NCBI GenBank assembly: GCA_951406725.2
Contig: OX597840.1
Coordinates: forward strand, 36,332,001-36,396,000
DNA from: Octopus vulgaris
Taxonomy: Eukaryota
DNA length: 64,000 nucleotides
Direction: 5' to 3'
The notes below the pieces were generated by a model. It was not told the origin of the DNA. It saw only the letters and a list, made by a program, of their open reading frames with translations, and searched no databases. The position numbers were made by a program, and so were the translations under genes. Shown piece after piece: positions 24,259-39,000 of the stretch. How positions within the stretch are numbered: position 1 is the first letter of the stretch; every line of letters starts with the position of its first letter.

Positions 24259-27200
24259 CTGAAATGATAAATACACAATTGTTGGTGTTATTTAAGCAGG
24301 AAACTATGAATCAGGAAATTATAAGCAAGAAATATTCTGTAGAAATATAGTAGAAATATAGCTGGAAGTTAAAAAGATGATGATCTATATTTGGATGTCC
24401 TTCCCATCATCAAAACTCACCCAGACTGAAGCAAGTTTTATCACAGAAAATCAAGATGTTTAGGAAAGAGCAGTAGGAATGGTTAAATGCAGTAAAGTGG
24501 ATACACAGAGACTTGGGCTTTGAATGCAGAGGACATGCATGGACTAGAGAGAAATGAAGGCAGTATGCACCACCGGATGTGCATTAACGACAAAGCACAA
24601 ATGTGTTGAGAGAAAAATTGGTCATAAGAGGAATCAAATACAGCATGCAAGAGAGGAGACTGCATTAGGTTAGACATGTGATGCGTATGAATGAAGACAG
24701 CTGTATGAAGAAGTGCTGTTCACTGAAAGTGGATGGCATCTGTGGAAGAGGGAGACCCAGGAAGACATGGGATGAAGTGGTAGGACTGATTTCAGGATGT
24801 TGTGACTCAGAGGAAAAAATACTGGACCAAGATGTCTGGGGATATGAAGTTCTGGAGAGGACCCACCCACATCAGAAGCACACATAATACAACTAATTCC
24901 TCACAATGAACTATAAATAGTTGATGTTTACTAATAGAACCTGAGAAATTTATTGATATTTCAGTTAGTCATCATTTATTTTCCAGTATCATTCATTAGT
25001 AATGTTTAGTGGATGTACTATCACAGAGGAAAGACACCTGGGTCTACCCAACAATATGAAGTACATTATTCCACACTACAAAGTCAATGAGACAAACAGA
25101 CAGGCCATTAAATAATATCCTTACCAAATCCACTCTTGCCAGCTATAGGTTGTCGACACTGGGGGCAGGTTTTACGCTTAATTTTGGAACAACATTCCTC
25201 ACACATCACAGTATGTTCACATGGCTGGAATGTTACAGTGGCCTCTTTATCTTCACATATTAGACATGGTAATCTATGGAACAAAATGCAAACACATCTC
25301 TGTAATAAAATTAATTTAACAATTTCAAAATGTCTTCATTCACTTCACCATTTAGAACTACATTCTCCTAGTGGTTAGAGATCTTTAAAATAGGGAATTA
25401 AGAGAGGTATTCTAGGGGTAGACAGTGAGATACAAATGTCAACACAACCAATTATGTGAATGTATTCAAAATAGTGTTCTTTGTTTGATCACCAAACAAC
25501 TATATTTTCTGTTTATTGTTTTTTTCGCTATTGCTGTGCGTCTTTGGTCAAGAACAATAACAACAGTAGAATGTATTGGCAGAATTAAAACATAACAAAC
25601 GTATAAACAAGGATTATATACAGAATGGAAATTATATTGGATTATCCTGTCATTGCCAGTGAATACTTACTGCGGTGGTGGGAAAAATGCTTGTATTTGC
25701 TCTTTTAAATGCAAATTCTTAATGAGGTCCAGTGGGGTCACATTCTCACTGTTTTTATGGTAAAAGTTGGCTCCCTGATAAGCAAGATAGCTAGCGACTA
25801 CTGTACCAGAGAGCCTGTCTTTCTTACTCAAAGAGAATTTCAAGCAGAACTACAAATGATGAAATATAAAATGATGAGTTCAATATTACAAAAATATACA
25901 TTATTGTAGCTCCTTTCTACTAAATCTAATTATAGTTTGCTGTGTATATCCACTGATTAAACTGATTATACAATATTGAGTTTCTACATCACCTCTAATT
26001 GAAGCCATTTCCCATTTCCATTTATTTTTATTTTCAACATTAAGATAACATTTTAAATATTTCTTATATTGAACAGAACAAACCTTACTGATTAACATAA
26101 AGTTTATTGATACTTAATGAGTTAATATTTTCTTGCCAATCACAAATTTTACAAAATATTCAATAAATAATACAAAAACAAAATCATATCACCAAGTGAC
26201 ACATTGGAATTATAGTGGAACAGAAATCACACAAAACACAAAACCTATCTATGCAACTGGCCAGAGCAAAAATGATACTTATGGATGTGTGTGTGTCTGT
26301 GTTTTTTTGTCTTTCTGTCTCTGTGCTTGCTTGCATGCTTGTGTAGTTCATCATCATCATCGTTTAATGTCCGTTTTCCATGCTAGCATGGGTTGGACGG
26401 TTCAACTGGGGTCTGGAAAGCCAGAAGGCTGTGCCAGGCCCAGTCTGATTTGGCAGTGTTTCTACAGCTGGATGTCCTTCCTAACGCCAACGATTCCGTG
26501 AGTGTAGTGGGTGATTTTTACGTGCCACATGCACAGGTGCCAGACGAGGCTGGCAAATCGGATGGTGCTTTTTACGTGCCACCGGCACAGATCAAAATCT
26601 GAAGTACAAGGAAACACACTTAGGACCTTGATTCATGGTACTCACTTTCAAGTGTTCTGCCATTCAACATTGTGGATATATGTTGTGTACAGGGCCTTGC
26701 TTGCAGATAAATTGAGACCAATTTTAAGCAGTTGACTTAGTGGGTTTAACATTTCATTTTTCGACCAAAACCTTGCTTGCTTGAAAATCTAATCCTCTTT
26801 ATTTTTCAGGTAAGTAGCAAACTGTTTCAACAACATAATCGTTCCACCATTGTTGTTTTGATGCATGCTGGGAACATTGCCAATAAAATTATTGACAAAA
26901 CTTCTAAAAGCAACAGTTTATTGTGTATATAAACAATTTAAAGAAGAGGCAAAGACTGATAAAGAAAAACACAAGACTCAAAATGATTCCAAGCATAAAG
27001 TTTCTCGCTGGTCTCAAACGCTTGACTGAAACCAACCCATCCATATCCATGACAACTCTTGCAAAGAAACACTTGTCTCTTTCCACAGTATCCAGAGCTG
27101 TGAACAGGAACCATGGCATGACTCGCTATGTTTGATGCTGCCATCACCTCCTAACAGCCATGGGCAAAGCAATCAGAGCTGAGAGATGCTCAAAGCTTGT

Positions 27201-30200
27201 TATTCATCAAGCATCAAGGTGTTGGAAAAACTCTCAAGTTTGTGAACGAGAAGTTCCCTGTGGATGCTGAAGTGAATCACAGAAATTCTCGAGTGATTGC
27301 ATACAACTGTGGCGAATGATGGAAGGGTCATGGATCCACACTTCATTGAAGTCTGACTTGAAGATCATCACAAAGGAGTATCTGGACACCCTGAAGATCT
27401 CTATGTTACTTTGAATGGAGCAGCAGTTTGGGTTTGACAATGTGGTGCCTATCCAGGACTCTGCATGAGTCAAAAGCAACATAGGCCTTCCTTGGTGAGA
27501 AGGAGCCATTTTTTGTGAGGGCCAACATCTGGCCCAGTAAAAGCCCAGATCTCAACCTTCTCGATTACTTTTTATGGAGCGTACTTCAAGCAAGGAGCAG
27601 TGCTTCACCACAATCAAGTGTCAACAGTTTGAAGACCAGCATCGTGTGTGCGACACACAAAATCAAAAACACAGAGGTTGTGGCAGCTGCAAAAAAATTT
27701 TGTTCTTGTGTGGAGGCAACCATATTGAGCGGTAACTGTTTTTGTACATAATATAATTAGGGGTCTCAGGAGAGACTGGATTACTAAATGGTAATGGAGG
27801 AGGGGTTGATGATGTCTGTCTGCTTCTCTCTCTCTCTCTCTCATATATTTGTAAACAATTTTAAAAACTTACCTCATCTAAAATATCTAAGTGTTCACCC
27901 TCAGAATGAAACACCTTTTTCTCCACAGCAAGATGCATACAATTATTACCACCACCATCAACAGCATTTATGCTTGCTCTTTTGGAAATTAAGGTGTGGA
28001 TCATTCCAAGATGCCCTCCGGAGACAGCTAGAAGCAATGGTGTCATTTTGTTACGATTCTTGAGATCCAGTTTCACCGAATCCTTAGTGGGAGTAAAAAC
28101 AGAAAAGAAAAATGTATATGGAAATTAGGGTTGATATCAATGTGTCATTACTGACTTCCAACTCTAGCCCTGACTGACTATAAACATTTGATGTTTGTAA
28201 GTAGAGTCACCCTATAACATGCTATAGGTATGTGTTTGAGACATGATAGAACTATTGAGATGTTATTAACAGATTGTATACCAAGCCCAAACGTATTTGT
28301 TTGTACCACTTTCTCTCTCTCTCTCTCTTTCTATAATATATATTTATATACATATACCTGTGTGTATATACATATATACAATCACACACACACACATATA
28401 TAGAACTGGAGAATTGCAATGCTACATCTTCATTATATGAAACCTCCTCTAACATGTGGCATTTCACAGATGAGGGAATTTGATGCTGCTGCTCACATCT
28501 GTGATTCCTGCTATGAGGTATACTCATCCAGAATCCCTGACAGGAGGAGATCCAGTTTTGTCTTGAAGACACATCCACACCATGCAGGTCAGGTCTCTCA
28601 GGCTTTTTGGAAGGATTTGAAGAGCTGTGGGCCCTTGAAACCCAAGCTTTTGCACTACCTGATCCTGTATCTTGATGGCAATGTTGAGATCTTTGGCACT
28701 AATTACTGGCACAAGATTCTGTTGTTTGTGTAACTATCAATGCCAAAGTTTGGTACAAGTCCCTCCACGATTTTCCAGATGTACATCACAGTGCATCTTT
28801 CCTGTATTTCTTCTATGGAGTAGGATCTTAAACTTTTCAGCCTTTCCCAGTAGCTGATACCTTGCCTTGAGACAATTTCCTCTGTGTAGCTTCAGTGGTT
28901 TGTTTTGAGTTCTGATGTTAATTTTCTACCGTGTGGTGACCATAGTTGGGAGCAGTAGTCTAAGCAGCTGAAGACATAAGTCCCATCATGGTTTCCTGTT
29001 CTCTTGTTCTGAAAGTTCAAAGGATCCATCTGACCATCTGTCTGCATTTTATAGCCAAATTAGTAATATGCACCTGGAAAGCTGCATCATCACTCATGTC
29101 AATGCCCAGGTCATGCACTGATGTTGATTCAGGAATTGCAATCCTTCCTGGGTTGGTATATCTTGCCTGCATTTTATTCAGCTTTTTGTGTGCTGGTACT
29201 GCAGGGTTTGGGATTTTCCAACATTAAAATGCATGTTATTGTCCTCAGTCCACCTGTATACTGCATCCAATTCCTGTTGCAGGTGCACAATATTCCCTGG
29301 GTTCTCTATACTCTGAACAACTTTTGATGTCATCTGCATTGCTAGCAAAGGTGTCTATCTGAGAAGCTGAGGGCATGTCTGAAAGGGCCACTATGAATAG
29401 CAGTAGGCCTAAGACAGTGCCCTGTGGAATACTACTTACTATTTGTGTTTCCTTAGAGGTGGTCTCATTTGCTACCACTGCCTGACTTCTATAATTTAAA
29501 GGTTCATGTAGCCACTCTCCAAGTTTTCCAACAACCCATAGCTTACGACAGATGCCATGCTTGACTTTATCAAAGGCTTTTGCATAGTCAAAATCTATCA
29601 GGTTTACATTTGTGTTGTTGAGTAACTGCTTTAACACCCAGCTGTAGTGCAGTAAGAGCTATGTCAGGCAGCTTCTACCTGGGTGTTAGTCAACAAGTCA
29701 TTCTCTTCAAGACAAGCAATTCATTTCCAGCAGACTACTCATTCCAGGATTTTGCTAATGTGGGGTCAGAGAGATATGCCTATAATTTTTCGTATTTGCT
29801 CTGCTTCCTCCTTTGTGAATAGGGCATATTATTCCTTATATATAGATGTTTTCGATCTAATTTAAATTCTTTGCAATCATATTTGAATTTTTCAATTGGT
29901 GCTCAAGCCTTGAAAAAAAAAAAAAAAGAGTTAAACTACATCAGCCATAATGGAATACATGTCTATCTTATCTAACTTGTCCAGTAGAGCCCACCAATTG
30001 TTATCTGAAAAGTTCGATGAAATAACTCCTGAACACTGCCACAGCTTTTTTGCTAATGTGGGGTCAGAGAGATATGCCTATAATTTTTCGTATTTGCTCT
30101 GCTTCCTCCTTTGTGAATAGGGCATATTATTCCTTATATATAGATGTTTTCGATCTAATTTAAATTCTTTGCAATCATATTTGAATTTTTCAATTGGTGC

Positions 30201-32816
30201 TCAAGCCTTGAAAAAAAAAAAGAGAGTTAAACTACATCAGCCGTAAGGGAATACATGTCTACTTTATCTAACTCGTCCAGTAGAGCCGACCAATTGATAT
30301 CTGAAAAGTTCGATGAAATAACTCCTGAACACTGCGATAGCTTCTACCTAAAGATGCTTCAACATATTTACGTCTGGACAAGGGGAGATAATAGGAAACA
30401 GAATCATTCGTTGATTATCTCCCCTTGTTCAGACCTGTCGACGACGTAAATATGTTGAAGCATTTTTTGGTAGAAGCTGTGGCAGTGTTCAGGAGTTATT
30501 TCATCGAACTTTTCAGATAACAATTGGTGGGCTCTACTGGACAAGTTAGATAAGATAGACATGTATTCCATTATGGCTGATGTAGTTTAACTCTTTTTTT
30601 TTTTTTCAAGGCTTGAGCACCAATTGAAAAATTCAAATTTGATTGCAAAGAATCCAAACTAGATTGAAAACATCTATCTATCTATCTACCTTAATATATA
30701 TATATATGCACATACAGATATCAGAAATGGTTTCTTCTCATTGACAACTGCTTGCAAACTGTTCTATGATATTTCCCTGAGTAGTTTTTGTATTAACTCG
30801 TGTTGAACACCTGTGACAGGAGCTGGAAAACCATAGAGTTCAAGTCTGTCTCCACTGAGTGATCGAACTTTGTCTTCTATTAATCTCAATGCTTCAATGA
30901 AGATGTCATTATTGAATATGACATCACCCTCATACTGATATTGAATTCTTTGCATTTGTACCAGAGTTGTTTCAGATTTGACAATCCACAGTTCACCAGC
31001 ACAATGGAGAAGTGATTTCTCAGCTGCATAGGACATTTGCACATTTGTGCCTCTCTCAAACTGGCGTCCCAGTGTGCATCAACTTCCAGAAGACCTCTGA
31101 GATGGCAAGCCTGGTGATATGTATGACATACTGTATTGCCAACCGCACATAAGGCTGTGAATGATGTGGGTCCCTGGACATGGTGTAACAGAAGCCTTAG
31201 ATAGTAGCACTCTGACTAGTCAGGATGGACAGTATAGATTCAGCCAATTGGGTCTGATTTCTTGATTCCAGGATGATCTGTGGGTGTTCCAAATGCACAT
31301 TGCTTCCATTCCTTTTTGTTCCAGGTGTAGTATTGTGGAACTTCGTTGTATAGCAGTTTTGCAGCAAACTCATCATCCTGGCAGAGCTTGAAGAATGCAG
31401 TAAGTGTGGTATTCTTTGGGGCTTCCAATTGTTGTTGCTCTGTGTCTGGAGTGAAGTAAACTCTTTCTCCATTCTCCAAGTGAACTGCAAGGTGTTTCAC
31501 ATGGGGATATCTCCCATGAATAGGAACTTGAAGATTCTCCAACACACTTCACCACTGCTGATGAACCTCCCCATTTGGAAGGTCTTAATTTCATCATTGT
31601 TCTCTGAATCATGGACTGCAAAGACTGCCATGTCAGATCCCTTGTTGACATATTTGCTCACATACTTAATGGATTTCACTGAGTTACAGAACTCAACATT
31701 GAATATCTTAGATAGGAGGGGAAGTATGGCACCATCTACCTGTTGTCCACTGGAATTTCAGTATGAGATGACTTCTTGGTGGTAGATTCATACCCAACAT
31801 CACCTAGTCTTTGTCCCCTGTAGAGGGGATAGCCACCATGTCCAGCCTGGGTGTCTTGAAGGAATTACTTTCAAAAGCCCTTTGTACACTTTCTATCCTG
31901 CATGCATGAAGCATGTAGGTTTATGTTCCCACATGGACCATGTACCATTTGGGTCTTGACCACACTAAAGAGTTCTGGATTTTCTCAAGGATCTGGAATT
32001 TCTCCACTGATGAATGTGTCTGTCATGCTGGCATGGAATTTTTTTGTAAACCACAGCAGGATGTGTACATGAGGAAGAACATGTTTCTGCTATTCCATGG
32101 TATACATGTGGTATCTAGTGGCACCATATCTTTGGTCAGTAACTGCATGAGCTTGATAACCTTCTGATACATGAATGGAAAAATACATATATATACATGC
32201 ATATACATACATATACACATGCATATATATATATACACACATGCATATACATATATATAAATACACACATTTATATATATATGCATACATACACACATGC
32301 ACATATGTGTAATACACATTATAACTGAAAGTCGTAGAAGTTGCTCGCTTCCAATCATCAGCTGCCAAAGCTTGGCTAGTTTTCTTTTGAATATTCATTG
32401 TCTGAATATCTTTTTGAAATATGAAATGAAAGTCTGAAGGAATTGTTAATTGTCATTCCCTTTCATTTAGAAACCTTTGGGAATGATGCATGCGAAAACA
32501 GCTGCAACAAGTGCACACTTTCGATTTCCTTTCTTGTTATAAAAGAACAAAGTCAGGAAATTGTGTTGACGTTTATGCAATATTCCAAATTAATACAGAA
32601 AATGTTATATATTTATGTTAATTTTGTAATTATCTTCTACATATGTCTGCATAGGCGTAGGAGTGGCTGTGTGGTAAGTAGCTTACTTATCAACTACATG
32701 GTTCCGGGTTCAGTCCCACTGAGTGGCACCTTCAGCAAGTGTCTTCTACTATAGCCCCGGACCAACAAAATTCTTGTGAGTGGATTTGGTAGAGATAAAC
32801 TGAAAGAAGCTCATCG

Positions 32817-32853
<37 letters not shown>

Positions 32854-35800
32854 ATATATGTATATGTATGTGTATGTTTTTGTGTCTGTGTCTGTCCCCC
32901 CCGCCCAACATCGCTTGACAATCAATGCTGGTGTGTTTATGTCCCCATCACTTAGCAGTTCGGCAAAAGAGACCAATAGAATAAGTACTAGGCTTACAAA
33001 GTCCTGGGGTCAATTTTCTCGACTAAAGGCAGTGCTCCAGCATGGCCACTGTTAAATGACTGAAACAAGTAAAGAGTATATGTTGTATCATAGGTGGTAT
33101 CCCCCGTGGTGGTGGTCACCAACACCAATACCATCATCATGACCAATATAACGTTTTTCCACAGACATAAGACCTGTCCCCTAAAAAGGGGGTGGGAATA
33201 CAGTTGATTAGATTCGCCCCCAGTATTTTATTGTTACTTTGATGATATTAATATTAAGTAAATTAATAAAATGCTCGTGTATAATAATATGTATATGTTA
33301 ACTGACCTGGGACAGCATTAAAGTCAGTATATCATAACGTTGCCTGAAAAGTAGAGAGGAAAGAAAATAAATAAAAATGAAAACATCCTCTGAGATTGAG
33401 ATAATTAATAATTATTAGGTCATTAATTCATGAAAACAAAAGTAGTTAGGTTACCAAGACATAATTATGTTAGTAATTATATAGACACAGGCACACATGT
33501 CCATAGTCAATATACACTGCAATGATATATACATATATATATATATATATACATACCTGAGAACACAGTGTATATATGGTACAATGAAGAGCTGTCATAC
33601 AGACATGAATTTTACGAGGGAAAGAAGCACTGTAGTTGCCCAGAACATGACTGGTATTGTATTTTATCAACCTCGCAAAGGAGAAAAGCTAAGGAGACCT
33701 CAGCAAGATTTGAACCCAGATCGTAAAGTGTCATAAATAAATACCACAAGGTATTTCGCTCAACAGTAATAAGACACAAGAACAGGAGAGAGGGGGAGAG
33801 TTTATTAAATGAACTCCTAGATATTACTAGTACAGCTTATATCAGTCCCAGAGTTACAATAGATACTCTGGCAGGATTTGAACTTGGAACATAAAGAATC
33901 AAAAGTAAATACTTATAGATTCTGTTTTTAGCCCAGGGTCAGAGGAAAGAGGATCACAACAAGAGAGGGAGGGAAAAAGAGAGAGAAGGGAGTGAAAGGA
34001 AGAAAAGAGGGGATTTGAACCTGTAATGTTGAGGTTGACAGAGGATGAGATGAAGTAAAGAATCTAATCAGGTAACAACAACACCAACAACGATTATGCT
34101 GATGGTTAATTAATGTTGATTACAGATTCTGAAAAGTGTGGAAGGTGTGGTTAGGGAGCTTGCTTCCTAGCTACATGGTTCCAGGTTCAGTCCCACTGCG
34201 TGGCACTTTGGGTAGGTGTCTTCTGCTATAGCCCCAAGCCGACCGAAGCTTTGTGATAGAATTCGGCAGGCGGAAGTTACTGCCGTGTGTGTATATGTGC
34301 ATGTAGGTGCTTGTGCCTCTCCGAAAGAGAGAGAGAGGGAGAGCAGAAGGATGACTTCATAAGGGATTATGACATGAATTACTAAATGAAAACAAACAGA
34401 AAAGATAAAAGAAACAGGTTTTGAATATTCTGAATGAATTGGGAACTTACCATAGAACTGCCACATGTAGAGGTGTGTTACTGGCACTGTCCACGGCATG
34501 GACATCAGGCTTAGAGAGCAACAGTAATAAGTGAACGATGTCTGTGTGTCCACCAAGGCAAGCCCAGTGTAGAGGTGTGTAACCATATTTAATGTCCCCC
34601 ACATTAACAGCTGGGTCTGGCATCTGTAGTAATAGGTGAACAATGTCTATGTAGCCACCACGACAGGCCCAATGTAGAGGTGTGTAACCATTAGATGTTA
34701 CCCACATTCGCAACAGAGTTAGACTGCAGTAACAAGTAAACGATGTCTGTCTGTCCACCACGGCAGGCCAGATGTAGAGGCGTGTCGCCTTTATTGTCCA
34801 CCACGTTGACATTAATGTAAGACTGCTGCAGTAATTTATGAATGATGTCCATGTGTCCCCAATGACAAGCCAGATGCAGAGGGGTGTCACCATTGCTATT
34901 TTGTTGGTTGATCTGAAGAAATAAACAAAAAATAAACACTTTCAAAAATGGTGTCTCGACTGAGAACCATCGCTTTGCGGATGTTCTACACTTCCTGTCT
35001 CTGCACTTTCTTGCATAAGATTACTTTGTTCAACTTGTTTCTACAATTTTATTCCATGTATTGTCATCAAAAGAAAAATTAAATCTATTTTTATGTAGCA
35101 AATGTAGAGATTTTGTATTTACTGTGTATGAACTCTTGTGATAACACAACACACAGCCACATCAAACACATTCTACTATTTATATATGACACTACAGGTG
35201 GAATGATGGTGTGGGGAGTAAAGTTTATATTGTGCTAGGAAGGGCATCCAGCTGTAGAAACTCTGCCAGATCAGATTGGAGCCTGGTGCAGCCATCTGGT
35301 TCGCCAGCCCTCAGTCAAAATCGTCCAGCCCATGCTAGCATGGAAAGCGGACGTTAAATGATGATGATGATGATGATATATGATCAACAATTCAATAGAC
35401 ACACAGAGCTACAGAATGTGTGTGTGTACGCTGTATCTGCAGGCTGTTACCCCAGCCATGGTTTTGTTTTCTGATTATTCTCTTTAAAATAAACAGTTTC
35501 AAATAAAATTTTCCAAAAATCCATCCTTTTTAATGTTTTAGCAAACAATTGTTTAGTTTGTGGGGGAAAATATCAAGAGGTGAGAATGGAGATGAAACTC
35601 ATAGATTGCACACTCAGAAATGAATTTTCATAAAAAAAATATGAATCATCAGAAAGTTAAGAGGAAACGAAATGGAGTGGCAGTAAACTGTAGGGACATT
35701 TAATGTCTGTTTTCTATGCTGGCATGGGTGGAAATTTGATAGGAGCTTGACAATCAGTGAACTGTGCCCTTCCTAACACCGACCAATTGGGTGTACTGGG

Positions 35801-36041
35801 TGCTTTTTATGAGGCATCAACATTATTGGGGGGAGGGGGTGGGTCACCAAGTTACTTGCAAAACAAAGACCTCTGGACTAGGATGTAATATTGAGGGCAG
35901 TGGCTTCCCGCCCAGTAATGAGAGATCAGAGTGCAAAGAGAAGGACAGAAATAGATGTAATTCAGTCGAGGAAGAGATATTTCAGCAGCCAGTTGGGAAA
36001 GGAGAGAAACAGTGGTGCAGATGTATTGATATGCATATTTC

Positions 36042-36072
<31 letters not shown>

Positions 36073-39000
36073 TATATCTATATATACATATGTATATATC
36101 TATTAAGCTTAGCTTAAGCAGTCACCATGCAATGACTAAAGATAAAGGTCTAATAACGGGGCATAGAAGTCCTCGAAGGGAAAAGTAGGTTTTCTCGTGT
36201 GGGACTTGAATTCATATCTCTTCGTTTTCACTACAAGTGTGCTAACCATTTACACCAACGTACAACCTTGCTTCTATTTAAGAAGCTTTAAGAACTATAA
36301 TTAGTTTGTAATGTTGTTTTTGTAAACAAACTTCATGTGCTTTTCTGTGATGGTATTTGATAAGCAGCATTGATTTTTACAATTCTGTAAATAATAATAA
36401 GAGTATTTTATAAGCTTAGCTTATAAGTGATCACTATACAAATGCAATGATGAAAGAAAATAGTCTAATAATAGGGCATACACACACATACATATATTAG
36501 GTCGTCAAGTATGAAATTTGAAGCAAGGTATATGGTAAACTTTGACAGTTGCTCATTTTGTGCCATTATTATATTTTGACAATCTTTATATTTTGTTAGA
36601 AAGCTGACACATCTGTTTCTTTATTCTAACTCATTTTGTGCTTTATAAAGTATTTATAAATAGTTTTTTGCTATTTTTGCTTAGAGATGGATAAGTTAGA
36701 AATTTGTAAAGTTTTGAAAAATGAGTTTTTTCTTGGAAATATAGCATTACAGACAGCTCGGAATATTAATGAAGTATTTCATCCTAATGTTATTATGCAG
36801 CAGACAGTACCAAATTGGTTTGCAAAATTTTGTTCTGGTAACTTTGACCTCACAAATGAGCAAGGCAGTCGACCAAAAAAGGAAGGTGGATAATGACGAA
36901 CTGAAAGTCACCATCGAGTCAGATCCATCTCAAAGTGCCCGTGAATTACTGTTGTTGCTTGGTGTTAGAAAGCAAACAATACTGACTCACCTAGTTCAGA
37001 TCTGTAAAGTGAAAAAGTTGGATAAGTAGGTTCCACGTGAACTCAATGAAAATCAGAAACAGCAACGTTTGGAAGCCTGCATTGTGCTACTTTCTCGTCA
37101 CAAAAATGAACCATTTTTTAATCGTATTGTAACATGTGATGAGAAATGGATCCAGTACAACACAATGGTTGGACAAAGACAAGCCACCAAAACACAGCCC
37201 AAAAAGTAAAATTCAACAAAAGAAGCTGATGGTGTGTGTTTGGTGGTCTGGCGCAGGTATGATCCATTATGATTTCATTAAACCTGGCTCATCAATTATG
37301 GCCGAAGTATACTGCAGCCAACTGGACCAAATGATGCAATAACTTACGAAAAAAAGAGTCTAGATTAGTCAACAGATCACTCCTATTTTATTGCAGGACA
37401 ACGCCAGATCACACATTGCAAAAATGACTTTGGCGAAACTACAGGAGTTGGAGTTGGAAGTTCTCTATCATCCACCATACTCACCTGCTCTTGCCCCCAC
37501 TGAATATCACTTTATCCAGAATTTGGATAACTTTTTGATAGGAAAAAAATTTAATTCCAACGAAGCTGTAAAACAGGCCTTCCAAGATTTTATCGACTCT
37601 AGATTGCCAGGCTTTTACAGTTCCAGGTTGGACATGCTACTGCTGAAATGGCAAAAGTGTTTTCACAATATGGGTGCATACTTTTCTGGATAAACCTATT
37701 CCTTGTATTTATAAAGCAACAGCAAACTTTTTTTTCTACAAATTTCATACTTGACGACCTAAGATATTTATTAACCTGTAATATGTATTTTCCACGGGTA
37801 TTTAATAGGACTTCTAACACATCTTTCCAGTCCTTCTCCTTCACCACCCGATGGAGAGGACTGTTGCCTCGGAAATTCTGACTGTTGACATTAGCTTGCC
37901 TGGAAATCATGAGGGCCACAGCATCTCGTTGGTGGCTGAAAGTAAAAAAATATAAACATTACAGACATTGGCAAAATAATTACATTAAATATACACAGAT
38001 GTTCAGTACTTAAAAATTAAACACACAAAATTGCTGTATGTTCCACCACCATTCATTTAATGCCTACTTTCCATGCTGGGGACAGGACGACTTGAAAGGA
38101 AGGGAATTGGTAAGCTTCGGGGCTGCATTGAACTCAAATCTTATCTTTAGCAGAGTGACTAATGTATTTTTCATAAATATTTACTCATTCATTTCAATTG
38201 TTCAGGATAAACAAATTATTTTTGTAGAAATTCTCTACATATAAATGGCAAGCTGGCAGAATCCTTCGCATGTCAGACAAAATGCTTTCTTCTGGCATTT
38301 TGTTCATCTTTATGTTCTGAGTTCAAATTCAATTGACTTATGATTGACTTTGTCTTTTAATCCTTTTGAGGTTGATAAAACAGTGGGGGTCAATGTAATA
38401 AATAAACCCGTCCCCAAAATTTCAGGCTTTGTACCTATAGCACAAAAAAGAAAAAAATCCCACCCCCTAATAATTTTGATTTCTTTCAAAAATTTCTCTA
38501 AATTTGTACATTTTTCAAAAAACAGGGATCACAATTCTGATAGTTTTTGTTTTGATTTCATGACTTAAGATGCTGGTAAGAAAGTTAGAAAGAAAAGAGA
38601 TGTGAAGATTTTATTTAATTGTGAACTTACTTCGTCACAGCATAATGTAAAGCTGTGTTTCCACCTTTGTCACTCATGTCTAAATCAGCCCCAGCATCAA
38701 TCAACAAATTTATTAAATCTGTGTTGCCTTGTTGACAAGCAACCATCAGGTAAGTCAGACCCCAAGAATTTGTTTGGTTGATCTGAAATGAAGATAATGA
38801 AGGCATTTCGAAAATATTAAAGGAGAGAAAGTAGAAGTGTGCGTAAGGAAGATGATTGGTTGAGAAAAGAGAGATGGAGAAGAAAGCTACAGAAACCATA
38901 TTAAAGGGGACGGAAGACCTTGGTGCAGTGTTTTGATTTGCAAGTTTGTGCTGCTGAACCAGTCAACCCATACCAGAATGGTAAACGGTCCCAATTGTTT

